DNA from: Longimicrobiales bacterium
GTDB taxonomy: Bacteria; Gemmatimonadota; Gemmatimonadetes; Longimicrobiales; Gaopeijiaceae
NCBI GenBank assembly: GCA_041690395.1
Contig: JAWLHJ010000005.1
Location: forward strand, 96,001-160,000
DNA length: 64,000 nucleotides
Direction: 5' to 3'
How positions within the stretch are numbered: the first letter of the stretch is position 1; each line of letters opens with the position of its first letter. Below the pieces are notes generated by a model, which was given only the letters and a program-made list of their open reading frames with translations, was not told where the DNA came from and did not search any database. This document shows positions 29,276 to 38,776 of this stretch, piece after piece. Made by a program: the position numbers and the translations under genes.

Positions 29276-29291
29276 TGGTACGACGCGTGCG
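29276..29291 (+). promoter_or_regulatory. Sigma54 promoter of the fliL operon
   Basis: TGGTACG-ACGC-GTGCG (GG-N10-GC). Confidence 0.7.
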
Positions 29292-29344
29292 AATAGGGGG
29301 TGCAGCGGCCCAGGCGGCCGCGTGACTGAACCCAGAGGCGCACG

Positions 29345-29851
29345 ATGTCCGAAGACCGCACCGAACTCGACGACGGCACGCCAGACGATGCGGGGGCACC
29401 GCGGAAGCGGTTGCTCCTGGCATTTCTGTTGGGCGGCGCTTGCCTGGCCGCGGGTGGTGCGGTGGGCGCCACCACGCTCGGTGGCGCGGTGGCTCCGCTG
29501 CTCGCCGACAGGGCCGAGGTCCAGGAAGAGGAATCCACTGCTCCTGCGCCCACCGCCCTCCACCTCATCGACAACCTGGTGGTGAATCCGGCCCGCTCGC
29601 GTGGAACCCGATTCCTGCTGGTCAGCGTCGCCGTCCAGGTTCGCCAGCCGGCTACGACGGACATGGTCTCCGAGCGAGACGTGGAATTGCGCGCGGCCCT
29701 TCTGCTCGTACTCGGCGCACGGTCCGTGGACGAGCTCACGGACATCGAGCAGAGGGCGTCCATCGTCGACGAGGTTCGCGCGACCATCGTGGACGTGCTG
29801 GGTCCCGATGTGGTCCATGACATCTTCATCCCCCAGTTCGTCATCCAGTGA
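29345..29851 (+). CDS. fliL: Basal body-associated protein FliL
   Basis: N-terminal TM; NLVVNPA..RFLLVSV; DIFIPQFVIQ C-terminus. Confidence 0.9.
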   Translation: MSEDRTELDDGTPDDAGAPRKRLLLAFLLGGACLAAGGAVGATTLGGAVAPLLADRAEVQEEESTAPAPTALHLIDNLVVNPARSRGTRFLLVSVAVQVRQPATTDMVSERDVELRAALLLVLGARSVDELTDIEQRASIVDEVRATIVDVLGPDVVHDIFIPQFVIQ

Positions 29852-30876
29852 GTACTTCCGAGAGCCTCTCCCAGAACGAGATCGATCTGCTCTTCAGCGG
29901 TGGCGGAGGTGCCGAGTCCGGTGGCTCCGAGTCCGTCCGCCGCCAGAGTGAGGTGCAGGTCTACGACTTCCGGCGACCGGCCAGGATCTCCAAGGACCGG
30001 ATGCGCTCGCTCAAGGCGATGTACGGGCTCCTGGCCAAGTCATTGGAGTCCTGGATCACGGGCCGTATGCGGGACCAGCTCGAGGTGGAGCTCCAGAGCG
30101 TGGAGCAGCTCAGCTTCGGCGAGTTCCAACTCGCTCTTCCGTCGCCCTGCTCGTCCTACATCCTGGACATCCAGGGTACGGGTCGGCAGGGCGTGATCGA
30201 CTTCGGTCATGAGTTCGCCTACTTCATCGTAGACCGGCTGTTCGGGGGAACCGGTCAGCACACGGTGCCGTCACGCACCCTCTCCGCCATCGAACGGATG
30301 GCGGTCCGGATCGTCGCCGATCGTGTGGCCTTCCATCTCGCCGAGGCGTGGAAGGACTACGTGAGGCTGACCCTCGAGGTGTCCGGCTTCGAATCGATTC
30401 CGGAGATGCTACAGGTCGCCAACCGTGAGGACCCCGTACTCGTGGCGAACCTGAGTGTGGGCATGGGGGACATGCACTCGCTCATGATGCTCTGCCTGCC
30501 TTTCGCCACGGTCGAAAAGTTCTTCACGGGCACCACCGCGCGTAGGCCGGCCCAACCCGAGGGGTCCGAGTCGGAGCGTGCCCGCGAGCGCACGGTCCTC
30601 GAGACGACGGTCCGTGACGCGCACGTGCTCGTTCAGGCCCGCCTGCCACGCTTCAACGTGAGCTTTCGCGATCTCCTGGACCTCGAGCCCGGATCGGTCC
30701 TGAGCACCGGCCTCGAGCCCGACTCGGAGCTGGAAGTCATCATGGCCGGCCAGCGTCGGTTCCGAGGGCTTCCCGGCAAGATGGGGCGAACCCTCGCGGT
30801 CCGAGTCTCGGAGGCCGTGGATCCCGAGCCGGACGATCTCATTCACCCCGAGCGCGGCTCATCCCCGGACCGATGA
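29848..30876 (+). CDS. fliM: Motor switch protein FliM
   Basis: LSQNEIDLL CheY-binding motif; YDFRRPARISK; VDRLFGG. Confidence 0.95.
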   Translation: MSTSESLSQNEIDLLFSGGGGAESGGSESVRRQSEVQVYDFRRPARISKDRMRSLKAMYGLLAKSLESWITGRMRDQLEVELQSVEQLSFGEFQLALPSPCSSYILDIQGTGRQGVIDFGHEFAYFIVDRLFGGTGQHTVPSRTLSAIERMAVRIVADRVAFHLAEAWKDYVRLTLEVSGFESIPEMLQVANREDPVLVANLSVGMGDMHSLMMLCLPFATVEKFFTGTTARRPAQPEGSESERARERTVLETTVRDAHVLVQARLPRFNVSFRDLLDLEPGSVLSTGLEPDSELEVIMAGQRRFRGLPGKMGRTLAVRVSEAVDPEPDDLIHPERGSSPDR

Positions 30877-30930
30877 GCTCGACGCATCCCTTCACATCAG
30901 CCACCTGCAGCGGTAGACGAGGTCACGAGC

Positions 30931-31344
30931 ATGGATGAGCGAAACGAAGAAGCACTGGACGAACGAGCACTCGAGGCCGCCATGGAGGCGGAGCTGAACG
31001 ACGGGGGCGAGGAGAGCCCGGCCGCCGAGTTCGGTGAATTCCGCCGCGATGGGGTGAGCGGGCAGCCCGCGGCGCTGAACATGCTCTATGACCTCCATAT
31101 GCCGGTGGCCATCGAGCTGGGCAGGACCCGTATGTCGGTGCAGGAGATCCTGACTCTCGGTCGGGGATCCGTGATCCAGCTGGACCGCCTCGCCGGAGAG
31201 CCGGTGGACGTGTTCGTGGGTGATCGGCGGTTCGCCGAGGGAGAGGTGGTCGTCGTGGGGGAGCAGTTCGGCGTGCGGATCACCCGGATTCTGAGCACGA
31301 GCGTGGAGAACGCCGCGGAGTCCGCGTCGGAGTCCGCGGCTTGA
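30931..31344 (+). CDS. fliN: Motor switch protein FliN
   Basis: IELGRTRMSVQEILTLGRGSVIQLDRLAGEPVD...GEVVVV..FGVRIT. Confidence 0.95.
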   Translation: MDERNEEALDERALEAAMEAELNDGGEESPAAEFGEFRRDGVSGQPAALNMLYDLHMPVAIELGRTRMSVQEILTLGRGSVIQLDRLAGEPVDVFVGDRRFAEGEVVVVGEQFGVRITRILSTSVENAAESASESAA

Positions 31345-31346
31345 CC

Positions 31347-32534
31347 ATGATGACCTGGGTCACGGTGGTTTCGGCGCTGGCCTTCGTCTTGGGTGTCGTG
31401 GCCGTGGCCGCTCACTGGGCTCGCCGCTTCGGGACACGCTCCGGCGTCACGACCCCTCAGGGCTCCATCGAGGTGGTTTCGCGGGTGGGGCTCGCGCCCA
31501 AGCAGGGCGTGGCGACGGTGAAATTCGGTGGTCGCTTCCTACTCGTCTCCTATGGCGAAGGTGGCGTCCGTGCGCTCGCGGAAATGGATGCCGCGGCGTG
31601 TGATGCGGGCGACGAAATCGACGCTGGTGCGGGGGCGCATGGCCCGGTGAGGAGCGGGTTGGCCACGCTCCCTGGACAGGCCGGTGCCCTGATTTCCCTC
31701 GCGCGGCGCCGGGTCGCGGGCCTGCGGGTGCTCCCGGCCGTCCTGATGATGGGAACTCTCCTGGTCTCGGCGCCCTCGGTGGACGCACAGAGCGCTGCCG
31801 AGGCACCGGTCGCCGCGGTCGGTGAGGTCGCCCGGGTGCCCGCCGGCGACGGATCCGCGGGCCCGCAGATGAGCGTGAGCCTCGGTGGGCAGGAAGAGGA
31901 GGGGCGGTTGGAGCTGAGCGGTCCCGTGGGGACGGTCCTGTTCATCGGGTTCATGACGCTGATCCCGACGCTCCTTCTCCTCATGACGAGCTTCACGCGG
32001 ATCCTCATCGTGCTGCACCTGCTGAAGCAGGCGCTGGGTACACAGACGGCGCCCCCCGCGCACCTTCTCGCGGCGATGGCGTTGCTCCTCACGGGCTTCG
32101 TCATGGCTCCGACCTTCGAGCAGATCCAGGTGTCCGCGGTGGAACCGTGGATGAATGGAGAGACGGACGAGCTCCAGATGCTCGAGACGGCGTCGGGACC
32201 CATGCGTGACTTCATGCTGTCGCATACTCGAGAGCAGGACCTGGCGTCCTTCAGCGAGATGAGCGCCGGTCCGGTGCCGGAAACCATCGACGACGTACCG
32301 CTCGTCGTCGTGACCTCGGCGTTCGTCACGAGCGAGCTCACCAGCGCATTCCAGATGGGCTTTGCGCTTTTCCTTCCGTTCGTCGTGATCGACATCGTCG
32401 TGGCGTCCGTGTTGATGAGCATGGGCATGTTCATGCTCCCTCCGGTGATGGTGTCACTCCCTTTCAAGCTCCTCCTGTTCGTGCTCGTCGATGGATGGTC
32501 GCTGATCATGAACAGCCTGGTGAGGAGCTTCTGA
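31347..32534 (+). CDS. fliP: Fused FliO-FliP export gate protein
   Basis: N-terminal TM + FliO domain (IEVVSRVGLAPKQGVATVKFGGRFLLVSYGEGGVRAL) in frame with FliP (MTSFTRI, LGTQTAPP, FQMGF, GMFMLPP, LPFKLLLFVLVDGW). Confidence 0.9.
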   Translation: MMTWVTVVSALAFVLGVVAVAAHWARRFGTRSGVTTPQGSIEVVSRVGLAPKQGVATVKFGGRFLLVSYGEGGVRALAEMDAAACDAGDEIDAGAGAHGPVRSGLATLPGQAGALISLARRRVAGLRVLPAVLMMGTLLVSAPSVDAQSAAEAPVAAVGEVARVPAGDGSAGPQMSVSLGGQEEEGRLELSGPVGTVLFIGFMTLIPTLLLLMTSFTRILIVLHLLKQALGTQTAPPAHLLAAMALLLTGFVMAPTFEQIQVSAVEPWMNGETDELQMLETASGPMRDFMLSHTREQDLASFSEMSAGPVPETIDDVPLVVVTSAFVTSELTSAFQMGFALFLPFVVIDIVVASVLMSMGMFMLPPVMVSLPFKLLLFVLVDGWSLIMNSLVRSF

Positions 32535-32803
32535 TGCCGCTGGGCCTGGTACTCGACCTCGCGCGTGAGGCGCTCTGGACCTCTCTCCTGCTGGCCGGAC
32601 CGCTGCTCGCCGTCGCCCTCGTGGTCGGCCTGCTGGTGAGCGTCCTCCAGGCCGTGACGTCGATTCAGGAGCAGACCCTCTCCTTCGTGCCGAAACTGTT
32701 CGCCATCGGCGCCGTCTTCATCCTGCTTCTGTCGTGGATGTTGCAGATCATGATGCGGTACACGTCCGAGCTCTTCAGGGCGTTGCCCGGTCTGGTGAGC
32801 TGA
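32534..32803 (+). CDS. fliQ: Export gate protein FliQ
   Basis: VGLLVSVLQAVTSIQEQTLSFVPK. Confidence 0.95.
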   Translation: MPLGLVLDLAREALWTSLLLAGPLLAVALVVGLLVSVLQAVTSIQEQTLSFVPKLFAIGAVFILLLSWMLQIMMRYTSELFRALPGLVS

Positions 32804-32804
32804 G

Positions 32805-33602
32805 ATGGCCGAGGTCACGGGAATGGAGATCTTCCAGCCGGCCGGCGCCTCGGTTGCTGCTTTACTGCTGCTGCGCATGGCCGGCCTCGTGTGGACCGCT
32901 CCTGTGTTCTCCGCTCAGGTCCTGCCTGCTTCCCTGAAGACCGCACTGAGCGTTCTGCTGACGGTGCTCCTCTGGCCCATCGCCATGACACATGGAGCCT
33001 CGGCAGAGCTCGGCGTGGGGACGGTATTGTCCGAGATCCTGATCGGGATGGCCCTCGGCATGGGGGCGGCGGTGTTCGTTGCGGCGGCAGAGTCCGCCGG
33101 TGATATGGTCGCGGTCCAGATGGGCCTGTCCGGTGCGAACGTCCTCGATCCCATGTCCCGAACGCAGCTTCCGGTGCTCGGTCAGCTCCTCGGCCTCTTC
33201 GTCGTATCGCTGATCCTGGCGACCGGTGGCCATCTCGTCATCGTCAAGGCGCTGGCCGTGTCGCTCGAGCTCATGCCGTCCGGAAGTCGCGTGGCGGCTG
33301 CCGAGGGGGCCCGGGAGGTCGTGTACCTCGGTGCCACGCTGCTTTGGCTCGGGCTGCGGTTCGCGGCGCCCGTGGTCGCGGCGATGATGATCGGGAACGT
33401 GGCGCTCGGGGTCATGGCGCGCACCGTTCCCCAGTTGAACGTGCTGGTGGTGGCATTCCCCGTGCAGATCGGAATCGGTCTCTTCGTGCTGGCGGCCACC
33501 CTGCCCATGATGGCCAGCGGATTCCAGTCCTGGGACGTGAGCTACGAGGACGTGGTGGGACGCCTTCTGGAAGCCATGTCGCCCGCGGAGGACGCGCCCT
33601 GA
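32805..33602 (+). CDS. fliR: Export gate protein FliR
   Basis: Hydrophobic; AGDMVAVQMGLS..DP; ARTVPQLNV..FP. Confidence 0.93.
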   Translation: MAEVTGMEIFQPAGASVAALLLLRMAGLVWTAPVFSAQVLPASLKTALSVLLTVLLWPIAMTHGASAELGVGTVLSEILIGMALGMGAAVFVAAAESAGDMVAVQMGLSGANVLDPMSRTQLPVLGQLLGLFVVSLILATGGHLVIVKALAVSLELMPSGSRVAAAEGAREVVYLGATLLWLGLRFAAPVVAAMMIGNVALGVMARTVPQLNVLVVAFPVQIGIGLFVLAATLPMMASGFQSWDVSYEDVVGRLLEAMSPAEDAP

Positions 33603-34687
33603 TGTCCGAGGAGTCGATGCAGGAGAAGACCCAGGCGCCCACCCCGAAGCGGAGACAGGACGCGGCGCGGAAGGGGCAGGTCCCCCGCAGCCCGGAAGTG
33701 ACCACGGCGTTTCTACTCATGGCCGGGGCCGGCGCTGTGGGACTGGTGGGCGGCACTGCCTCGCGTACGGTGGTGGATCTGTTCGGTCGGAGTGTCGTGG
33801 GGGTCACCGCCATGCCGGTGGGCATGGACGGGGCCGTGGAGCATGTCGAAGCGGCTGCCGGTCTGGCCCTCGCCGCGGTTGCGCCCATCGTGCTGATCCT
33901 CTCGGGGACGGCGTTGGCCATCAGCGTTCTGCAGGCTCGTGGCGTGCTGACCCTGACGCCCCTGAAGCCGCAGTGGGAGCGGTTGGATCCCCTCAAGAAG
34001 GCCAAGCAGATCTGGGGGGTGAAAGCCGTGGCGGAGCTGTTGAAGTCTCTGCTCAAGTTGGGGCTCATCGGGGTCGTGGTGTGGATCACGCTTCGAAGCA
34101 TGATCGACGACGTCGGTTCCCTGTCCCAGACTTCGCCCATGGCGCTGTTGGTGCTGCTTCGCCGTTACACGGTTCGTGTTCTGCTCGCCGCCGGCGCGGC
34201 TTATCTGGTGGTGGCCGCCCTGGACTACGCCTACCAGGTGTGGCAGCACGAAAAGCAGCTTCGGATGACCCGCGAGGAGGTGAAGCGCGAGCTCAAGGAG
34301 AGCGAGGGCGATCAGGTCGTGAAGGTCCGGCGCCGGACCATGGCTCGGCAGCTCGCACACCGCCGAATGATGCTGTCCGTGTCCGAGGCGGATGTGGTCG
34401 TCACGAATCCGACCCATGTGGCGGTGGCGCTGAAGTACGATCCCGATGTGGCTCCGGCCCCCATCGTGCTCGCCATGGGTGAGCGGAAGGTGGCTGAGCG
34501 CATCAAGGCGCTGGCCGCGGAAGAGGGCATCCCGACCGTCGAGAACAAGCCTCTTGCCCGTGCTCTCCTGGCCACCGCACGCGTCGGTCAGGCCATTCCC
34601 GTCGAGTTCTTCGTCGCGGTCGCCGAGGTCCTCGCCTTCGTCTACAAGCATCGTAGCGGTGCCGGAACGTATGGGGTCGGCCGATGA
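33602..34687 (+). CDS. flhB: Export switch protein FlhB
   Basis: EKTQAPTPKR; RMTREEVKRELKESEGD; TNPTH autocleavage motif. Confidence 0.96.
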   Translation: MSEESMQEKTQAPTPKRRQDAARKGQVPRSPEVTTAFLLMAGAGAVGLVGGTASRTVVDLFGRSVVGVTAMPVGMDGAVEHVEAAAGLALAAVAPIVLILSGTALAISVLQARGVLTLTPLKPQWERLDPLKKAKQIWGVKAVAELLKSLLKLGLIGVVVWITLRSMIDDVGSLSQTSPMALLVLLRRYTVRVLLAAGAAYLVVAALDYAYQVWQHEKQLRMTREEVKRELKESEGDQVVKVRRRTMARQLAHRRMMLSVSEADVVVTNPTHVAVALKYDPDVAPAPIVLAMGERKVAERIKALAAEEGIPTVENKPLARALLATARVGQAIPVEFFVAVAEVLAFVYKHRSGAGTYGVGR

Positions 34688-36768
34688 ACCCGGAGGCATT
34701 GCTGCCCAAGCCGTTCAGGGACGCCGGCGAGATCTCCGTCGTCGTCGGCATCGTCTTCATCGTGGGGCTGTTGGTGCTGCCGCTGCCGACGGTGTTGTTG
34801 GATCTCTTCCTCGCGCTTTCCATCGCGTCGGCCCTCTTGATCCTGCTCGTGACGCTGAACGCGAATCGGGCGCTCGACTTCTCCGCGTTTCCCGCCGTCC
34901 TCCTCATCCTGACCCTGTATCGGCTGGCTCTGAACGTCAGCTCGACCCGGCTGATCCTGGGACAGGGGGAAGCCGGGAAGGTGATCGAGTCGTTCGGGCA
35001 GTTCGTCATCGGGGGGAACTACGCGGTCGGGGTCGTGATCTTTCTCGTCCTCGTCGGCATCAACTTCATCGTGATCACGAAGGGCGCGGGCAGGGTGGCC
35101 GAGGTGGCGGCGCGGTTCACCCTCGACGCCATGCCGGGTCGCCAGATGAGCATCGACGGGGACCTGTCGGCGGGTCTCATCGACGACAAGGAGGCCAAGC
35201 GCAGGCGTGAGGAGGTCTCACGCGAGGCGGACTTCTACGGAGCCATGGACGGTGCCGCCAAGTTCGTGCGTGGCGACGCAATCGCGGGCCTCCTGATTAC
35301 GGGCATCAACATTCTCGGGGGTCTCTTCGTCGGCGTCGTTCAGCGAGAGATGGATGTCGCGTCGGCACTGTCCACCTACACGATCCTGACCGTGGGCGAC
35401 GGGTTGGTGAGTCAGATTCCGGCGCTGATCATCTCCACCGCGTCGGGCATCATGGTCACCTCGTCCGGTGGGGGCGAGCGTGTCGGCGTCGCCGTGCTCA
35501 ATCAGCTCGGCCGGGACGCGCGGCCCATGTGGATCGCCTCGGGGTTTCTGGGCGCCCTGGGCCTGGTGCCCGGAATGCCGACCGTGCCCTTTCTCGTGCT
35601 GTCGGGCGGCGCCGCCGCGGCCGCACGCTACTCTGCGAAAGAAGCCGAGGAGCTCGCCGAGGTCGGTAGGATCGAGGCCGAGGAGGCTCGGGAGCCGGAG
35701 CCGGCCCCGGACCAGAGCACGATCCACGACCTTCTGCAGACGGATACGGTCGAGCTCGAGGTGGGCTACGGGCTCATCCCGCTCGTCGACGAGAAGCAGG
35801 GAGGTGATCTCCTCAGTCGCATCCGCCTGCTCCGCAAGCAGGCCGCGCTGGAGATCGGCATTCTCGTGCCTCCGATTCGAATCCGCGATGACGTCCGCCT
35901 TCCAGCCGACGTCTACGTCGTGAAGATCCGGGGCTCGGAGGCCGCGCGTGGCGAAGTCAGGCCGCGCCAGCTGCTCGCGCTGGACACCGGCGGCGCCTTC
36001 GGCGCGCTCGAGGGTGAAGACACGTTCGACCCGAGCTTCGGCATGCCGGCCAAGTGGATCCCGATGAAGGCGCGCGTCGATGCGGAGGCCGCTGGATACA
36101 CGGTGGTCGAAGCGTCCACCGTCCTTGCCACGCATCTCATGGAGACCCTCAAGGCGAGCGCGTCGGAGCTGCTGGGCCGCCAGGATGTCAAGGAGATGAT
36201 CGAAGCGCTCAAGGAATCGTACCCCGCGCTGGTCGACGAGGTGGTGCCGAACCGGCTCCCCCTCGGCACGTTGCATCGCGTGCTTCAACGCCTTCTCGCC
36301 GAGCGCGTGCCCATTCGCGACATGGTCACCATCATGGAGACGCTCGCCGACGCCTCGGAGACGACCAAGGATCCGGAGGCGCTCACCGAGCACGCCCGGC
36401 GTGCGCTGTCGAACGTCATCGGAGACCGGTTCACCGGTCCGGACGGCTCGATTCGCGGGATCACTCTGGGCCCCTCCCTCGAGGCGGCGCTGATGGGCCT
36501 GTTCAGCCCCAGAGCGAACCGGGCGTCTACCGACATGATGGACCCCGAGCGGCTCACCATGCTCCTCAACAGGCTCGACGACCTGACGCGAGCGCACGGC
36601 GACGAGGGACGTGCCGTGCCCATCATCACACCTCCTGGCTTGAGGGTCGGCGTTCGCCGGTTGATCGAGCCCGTTCTTCCGAACGTACCTGTCATCTCGC
36701 TGGCGGAGCTGCCCGCTCAGGCCAACTTGCGCAGCGTAGCCACCTGGGACTTGTCCAATGCAGCTTGA
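34684..36768 (+). CDS. flhA: Export gate protein FlhA
   Basis: ITKGAGRVAEVAARFTLDAMPGRQMSID; FYGAMDGAAKFVRGDA. Confidence 0.97.
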   Translation: MNPEALLPKPFRDAGEISVVVGIVFIVGLLVLPLPTVLLDLFLALSIASALLILLVTLNANRALDFSAFPAVLLILTLYRLALNVSSTRLILGQGEAGKVIESFGQFVIGGNYAVGVVIFLVLVGINFIVITKGAGRVAEVAARFTLDAMPGRQMSIDGDLSAGLIDDKEAKRRREEVSREADFYGAMDGAAKFVRGDAIAGLLITGINILGGLFVGVVQREMDVASALSTYTILTVGDGLVSQIPALIISTASGIMVTSSGGGERVGVAVLNQLGRDARPMWIASGFLGALGLVPGMPTVPFLVLSGGAAAAARYSAKEAEELAEVGRIEAEEAREPEPAPDQSTIHDLLQTDTVELEVGYGLIPLVDEKQGGDLLSRIRLLRKQAALEIGILVPPIRIRDDVRLPADVYVVKIRGSEAARGEVRPRQLLALDTGGAFGALEGEDTFDPSFGMPAKWIPMKARVDAEAAGYTVVEASTVLATHLMETLKASASELLGRQDVKEMIEALKESYPALVDEVVPNRLPLGTLHRVLQRLLAERVPIRDMVTIMETLADASETTKDPEALTEHARRALSNVIGDRFTGPDGSIRGITLGPSLEAALMGLFSPRANRASTDMMDPERLTMLLNRLDDLTRAHGDEGRAVPIITPPGLRVGVRRLIEPVLPNVPVISLAELPAQANLRSVATWDLSNAA

Positions 36769-37585
36769 GACTTTTCGAGGCCGGGATCTCCCGTCCGTCA
36801 TGCGGCTCGTCCGTGCCGCGCTCGGGGGCGATGCGCTGATCCTGACGACGCACGCCCTCCACGAACCGGAGGGGCGGGCCTTCGAAGTGGTCGCGGCGAA
36901 GCCCGAGGCCCTGGAGGCGTTTCGCCGTTCCCTCGATGGAGGGTTGGCGGCGGCCCGCCGGGCCAGGACGCGCAGTCGCGTCGGGCCCTACACCGTCGCG
37001 CTCGTCGGCCCTTCGGGTGCGGGTAAGACCACGACGGCGGTCAAGCTCGCGCTTCACCCCAAGGGCCTCGGTGGGCGGAAGATCGGATTCGTGACCCTCG
37101 ATACGTATCGAGTGGGCGCGTTGGAGGAGCTTCAGACCTATGCCGAGATCACGAGTGTGCCCATGGAGGTCGCCTATTCCGAGGAGGATGTCGGACCGGC
37201 CCTGGAGCGTCTCCGTGACCGGGACGTCGTTCTGGTCGATACACCCAGTCGACTCGAGGCGGAGTGCGATTGGCTTTCGATCCTCCGACGCATCGACCCC
37301 GACGAAGTGCACCTGGTGATGCCTGCGGGCCTTCGGCATGACGTGGCGCTTCGCCTCCGGGACCGCTTCGGGGTCGCAGGGGTGACCCACGGTCTGTACA
37401 CGAAGGTCGACGACCTCGAGGACGACGCGGGGCTGGCGCAGACCGCGGAGGCCGTCTCCCTTCCTGTGCGATGGATCGCGGACGGACACGAGGTTCCGGG
37501 GGCCCTCGCCGCAGCGCTTCCCCGGATTCTCGGTGCACTGGGGCGTCGTTGGAGCGACGCCGACGCACGACGGATGGCCGGCTGA
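36758..37585 (+). CDS. flhF: Short FlhF-like SRP GTPase
   Basis: GPSGAGKTTT, DTYRVGA, TKVD; G3 reads DTPS; follows flhA. Confidence 0.85.
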   Translation: MQLETFRGRDLPSVMRLVRAALGGDALILTTHALHEPEGRAFEVVAAKPEALEAFRRSLDGGLAAARRARTRSRVGPYTVALVGPSGAGKTTTAVKLALHPKGLGGRKIGFVTLDTYRVGALEELQTYAEITSVPMEVAYSEEDVGPALERLRDRDVVLVDTPSRLEAECDWLSILRRIDPDEVHLVMPAGLRHDVALRLRDRFGVAGVTHGLYTKVDDLEDDAGLAQTAEAVSLPVRWIADGHEVPGALAAALPRILGALGRRWSDADARRMAG

Positions 37586-37603
37586 CGCCGCGCCGATCTC
37601 ACG

Positions 37604-38467
37604 ATGTCTGGCGTTCGCCGCTCCCTCGATTCCCTCAAGGCCTTCATGGCCGGATCCGGAGGGAGCGCTCCTTTCGAGCCCCGCCCGGGCGTGTTCGTCG
37701 TGGGTTCCGGAAAGGGAGGGGTGGGTACCTCGGTGGTGGCGGCGCTCCTCGCCGTCGAGGCCGCGAGGCGGCACGGTCGCGTTCTCCTGGTGGACGCGGA
37801 CGAGACCGTCGGATCGCTACACCTCATGTTCGGCCAGGACGACGGGGGGCCGGGCCTCGGCGCTCTGCGAAAGCCGGGGGTGGTCGCTGAAGACCTGTTG
37901 CGGCAAGTCGCGCCGGGAGTCTCGCTCCTCTCCGGAGGCGGAGGAGGTGTCGATGCCACGCTGAGCTCCGCTCTGGGTGAGCGTCGGAGCCTTCTGCGCC
38001 GTGTATCCGGACTCTACGACGACTTCACCACGGTGGTCGTGGATGGCGGCTCCCGACTGGAGTCCGTGATGGCCGCGTGCTCCGCGGGGGCCGCCCGACT
38101 CCTCTGTGTGACCACCGGTGATCGGATCTCGCTGGCGGCGAGCTACGCACTGTTCAAGGTCGCGCGGGCGCGCTTCCGCGGGCTGCCGGTGGACCTTCTG
38201 GTCAATCGGGCGGACGCAGCCGAAGCGTCGGATCTGCACGCGGTGGTCGGGCGCGCGGCCAGGAGCTTCCTGGCCACCGACATCGGATTCGGTGGGTCCA
38301 TTCCCACTTCGCCCGAGGTCGTCTGGAGCCTCCAGGCGGGGGTGTCGTTGTTCGGCGTGGAGGCGCGCTCGGGCGCGGGCACGGCGATGACCGCTCTCGG
38401 CGACCGGCTTTTCGGTAGCCGCGCCTCCGGAGCCGCGGACGACCAGATCGTCCACCTGATTCGGTAG
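37604..38467 (+). CDS. flhG: FlhG/FleN (MinD-like) protein with altered P-loop
   Basis: SGKGGVGTS, VLLVDAD, SYALFK, LVNRA; follows flhF. Confidence 0.8.
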   Translation: MSGVRRSLDSLKAFMAGSGGSAPFEPRPGVFVVGSGKGGVGTSVVAALLAVEAARRHGRVLLVDADETVGSLHLMFGQDDGGPGLGALRKPGVVAEDLLRQVAPGVSLLSGGGGGVDATLSSALGERRSLLRRVSGLYDDFTTVVVDGGSRLESVMAACSAGAARLLCVTTGDRISLAASYALFKVARARFRGLPVDLLVNRADAAEASDLHAVVGRAARSFLATDIGFGGSIPTSPEVVWSLQAGVSLFGVEARSGAGTAMTALGDRLFGSRASGAADDQIVHLIR

Positions 38468-38560
38468 CGTCCCGCTTCGGCCGGTGGCGCATGGTAAGCG
38501 CGATCGGTGCTACGGGCTACCGAGGCCTTCCCCGGCGCCTCGACCTCCCCGCGGCCAACC

Positions 38561-38596
38561 GGAAGATCCGACCGGTTCGGACAGGAAGCACCTTCC
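38561..38596. promoter_or_regulatory. Tandem enhancer (UAS) sites upstream of fliA
   Basis: GGAAGATCCGACC (38561) and GGAAGCACCTTCC (38584). Confidence 0.65.
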
Positions 38597-38717
38597 GGGT
38601 CACTCCTCCCGAGCCTGGCACCCGAATCGAAGCGGGCCCGTGTCCGTGAGGCTCTAAAGTGTTGCAGGACAACGTAATGTACGTATGTGACGGGCGCTCG
38701 GCCAAAGTCCTGGCACG

Positions 38718-38733
38718 TGGTACGGTGCGTGCC
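38718..38733 (+). promoter_or_regulatory. Sigma54 promoter of the fliA-flgFGAHIJNK operon
   Basis: TGGTACG-GTGC-GTGCC (GG-N10-GC). Confidence 0.7.
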
Positions 38734-38776
38734 CTTAAGGGGTGCAGCCAACGCTGGGAACTCTGGAGAGAGCGAC

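Noticed and set aside
38711..38726. TGGCACG perfect -24 box upstream of fliA
   Set aside because: No GC at the required GG-N10-GC spacing. The overlapping TGGTACG at 38718 fits and matches the spacing of the fliL promoter.
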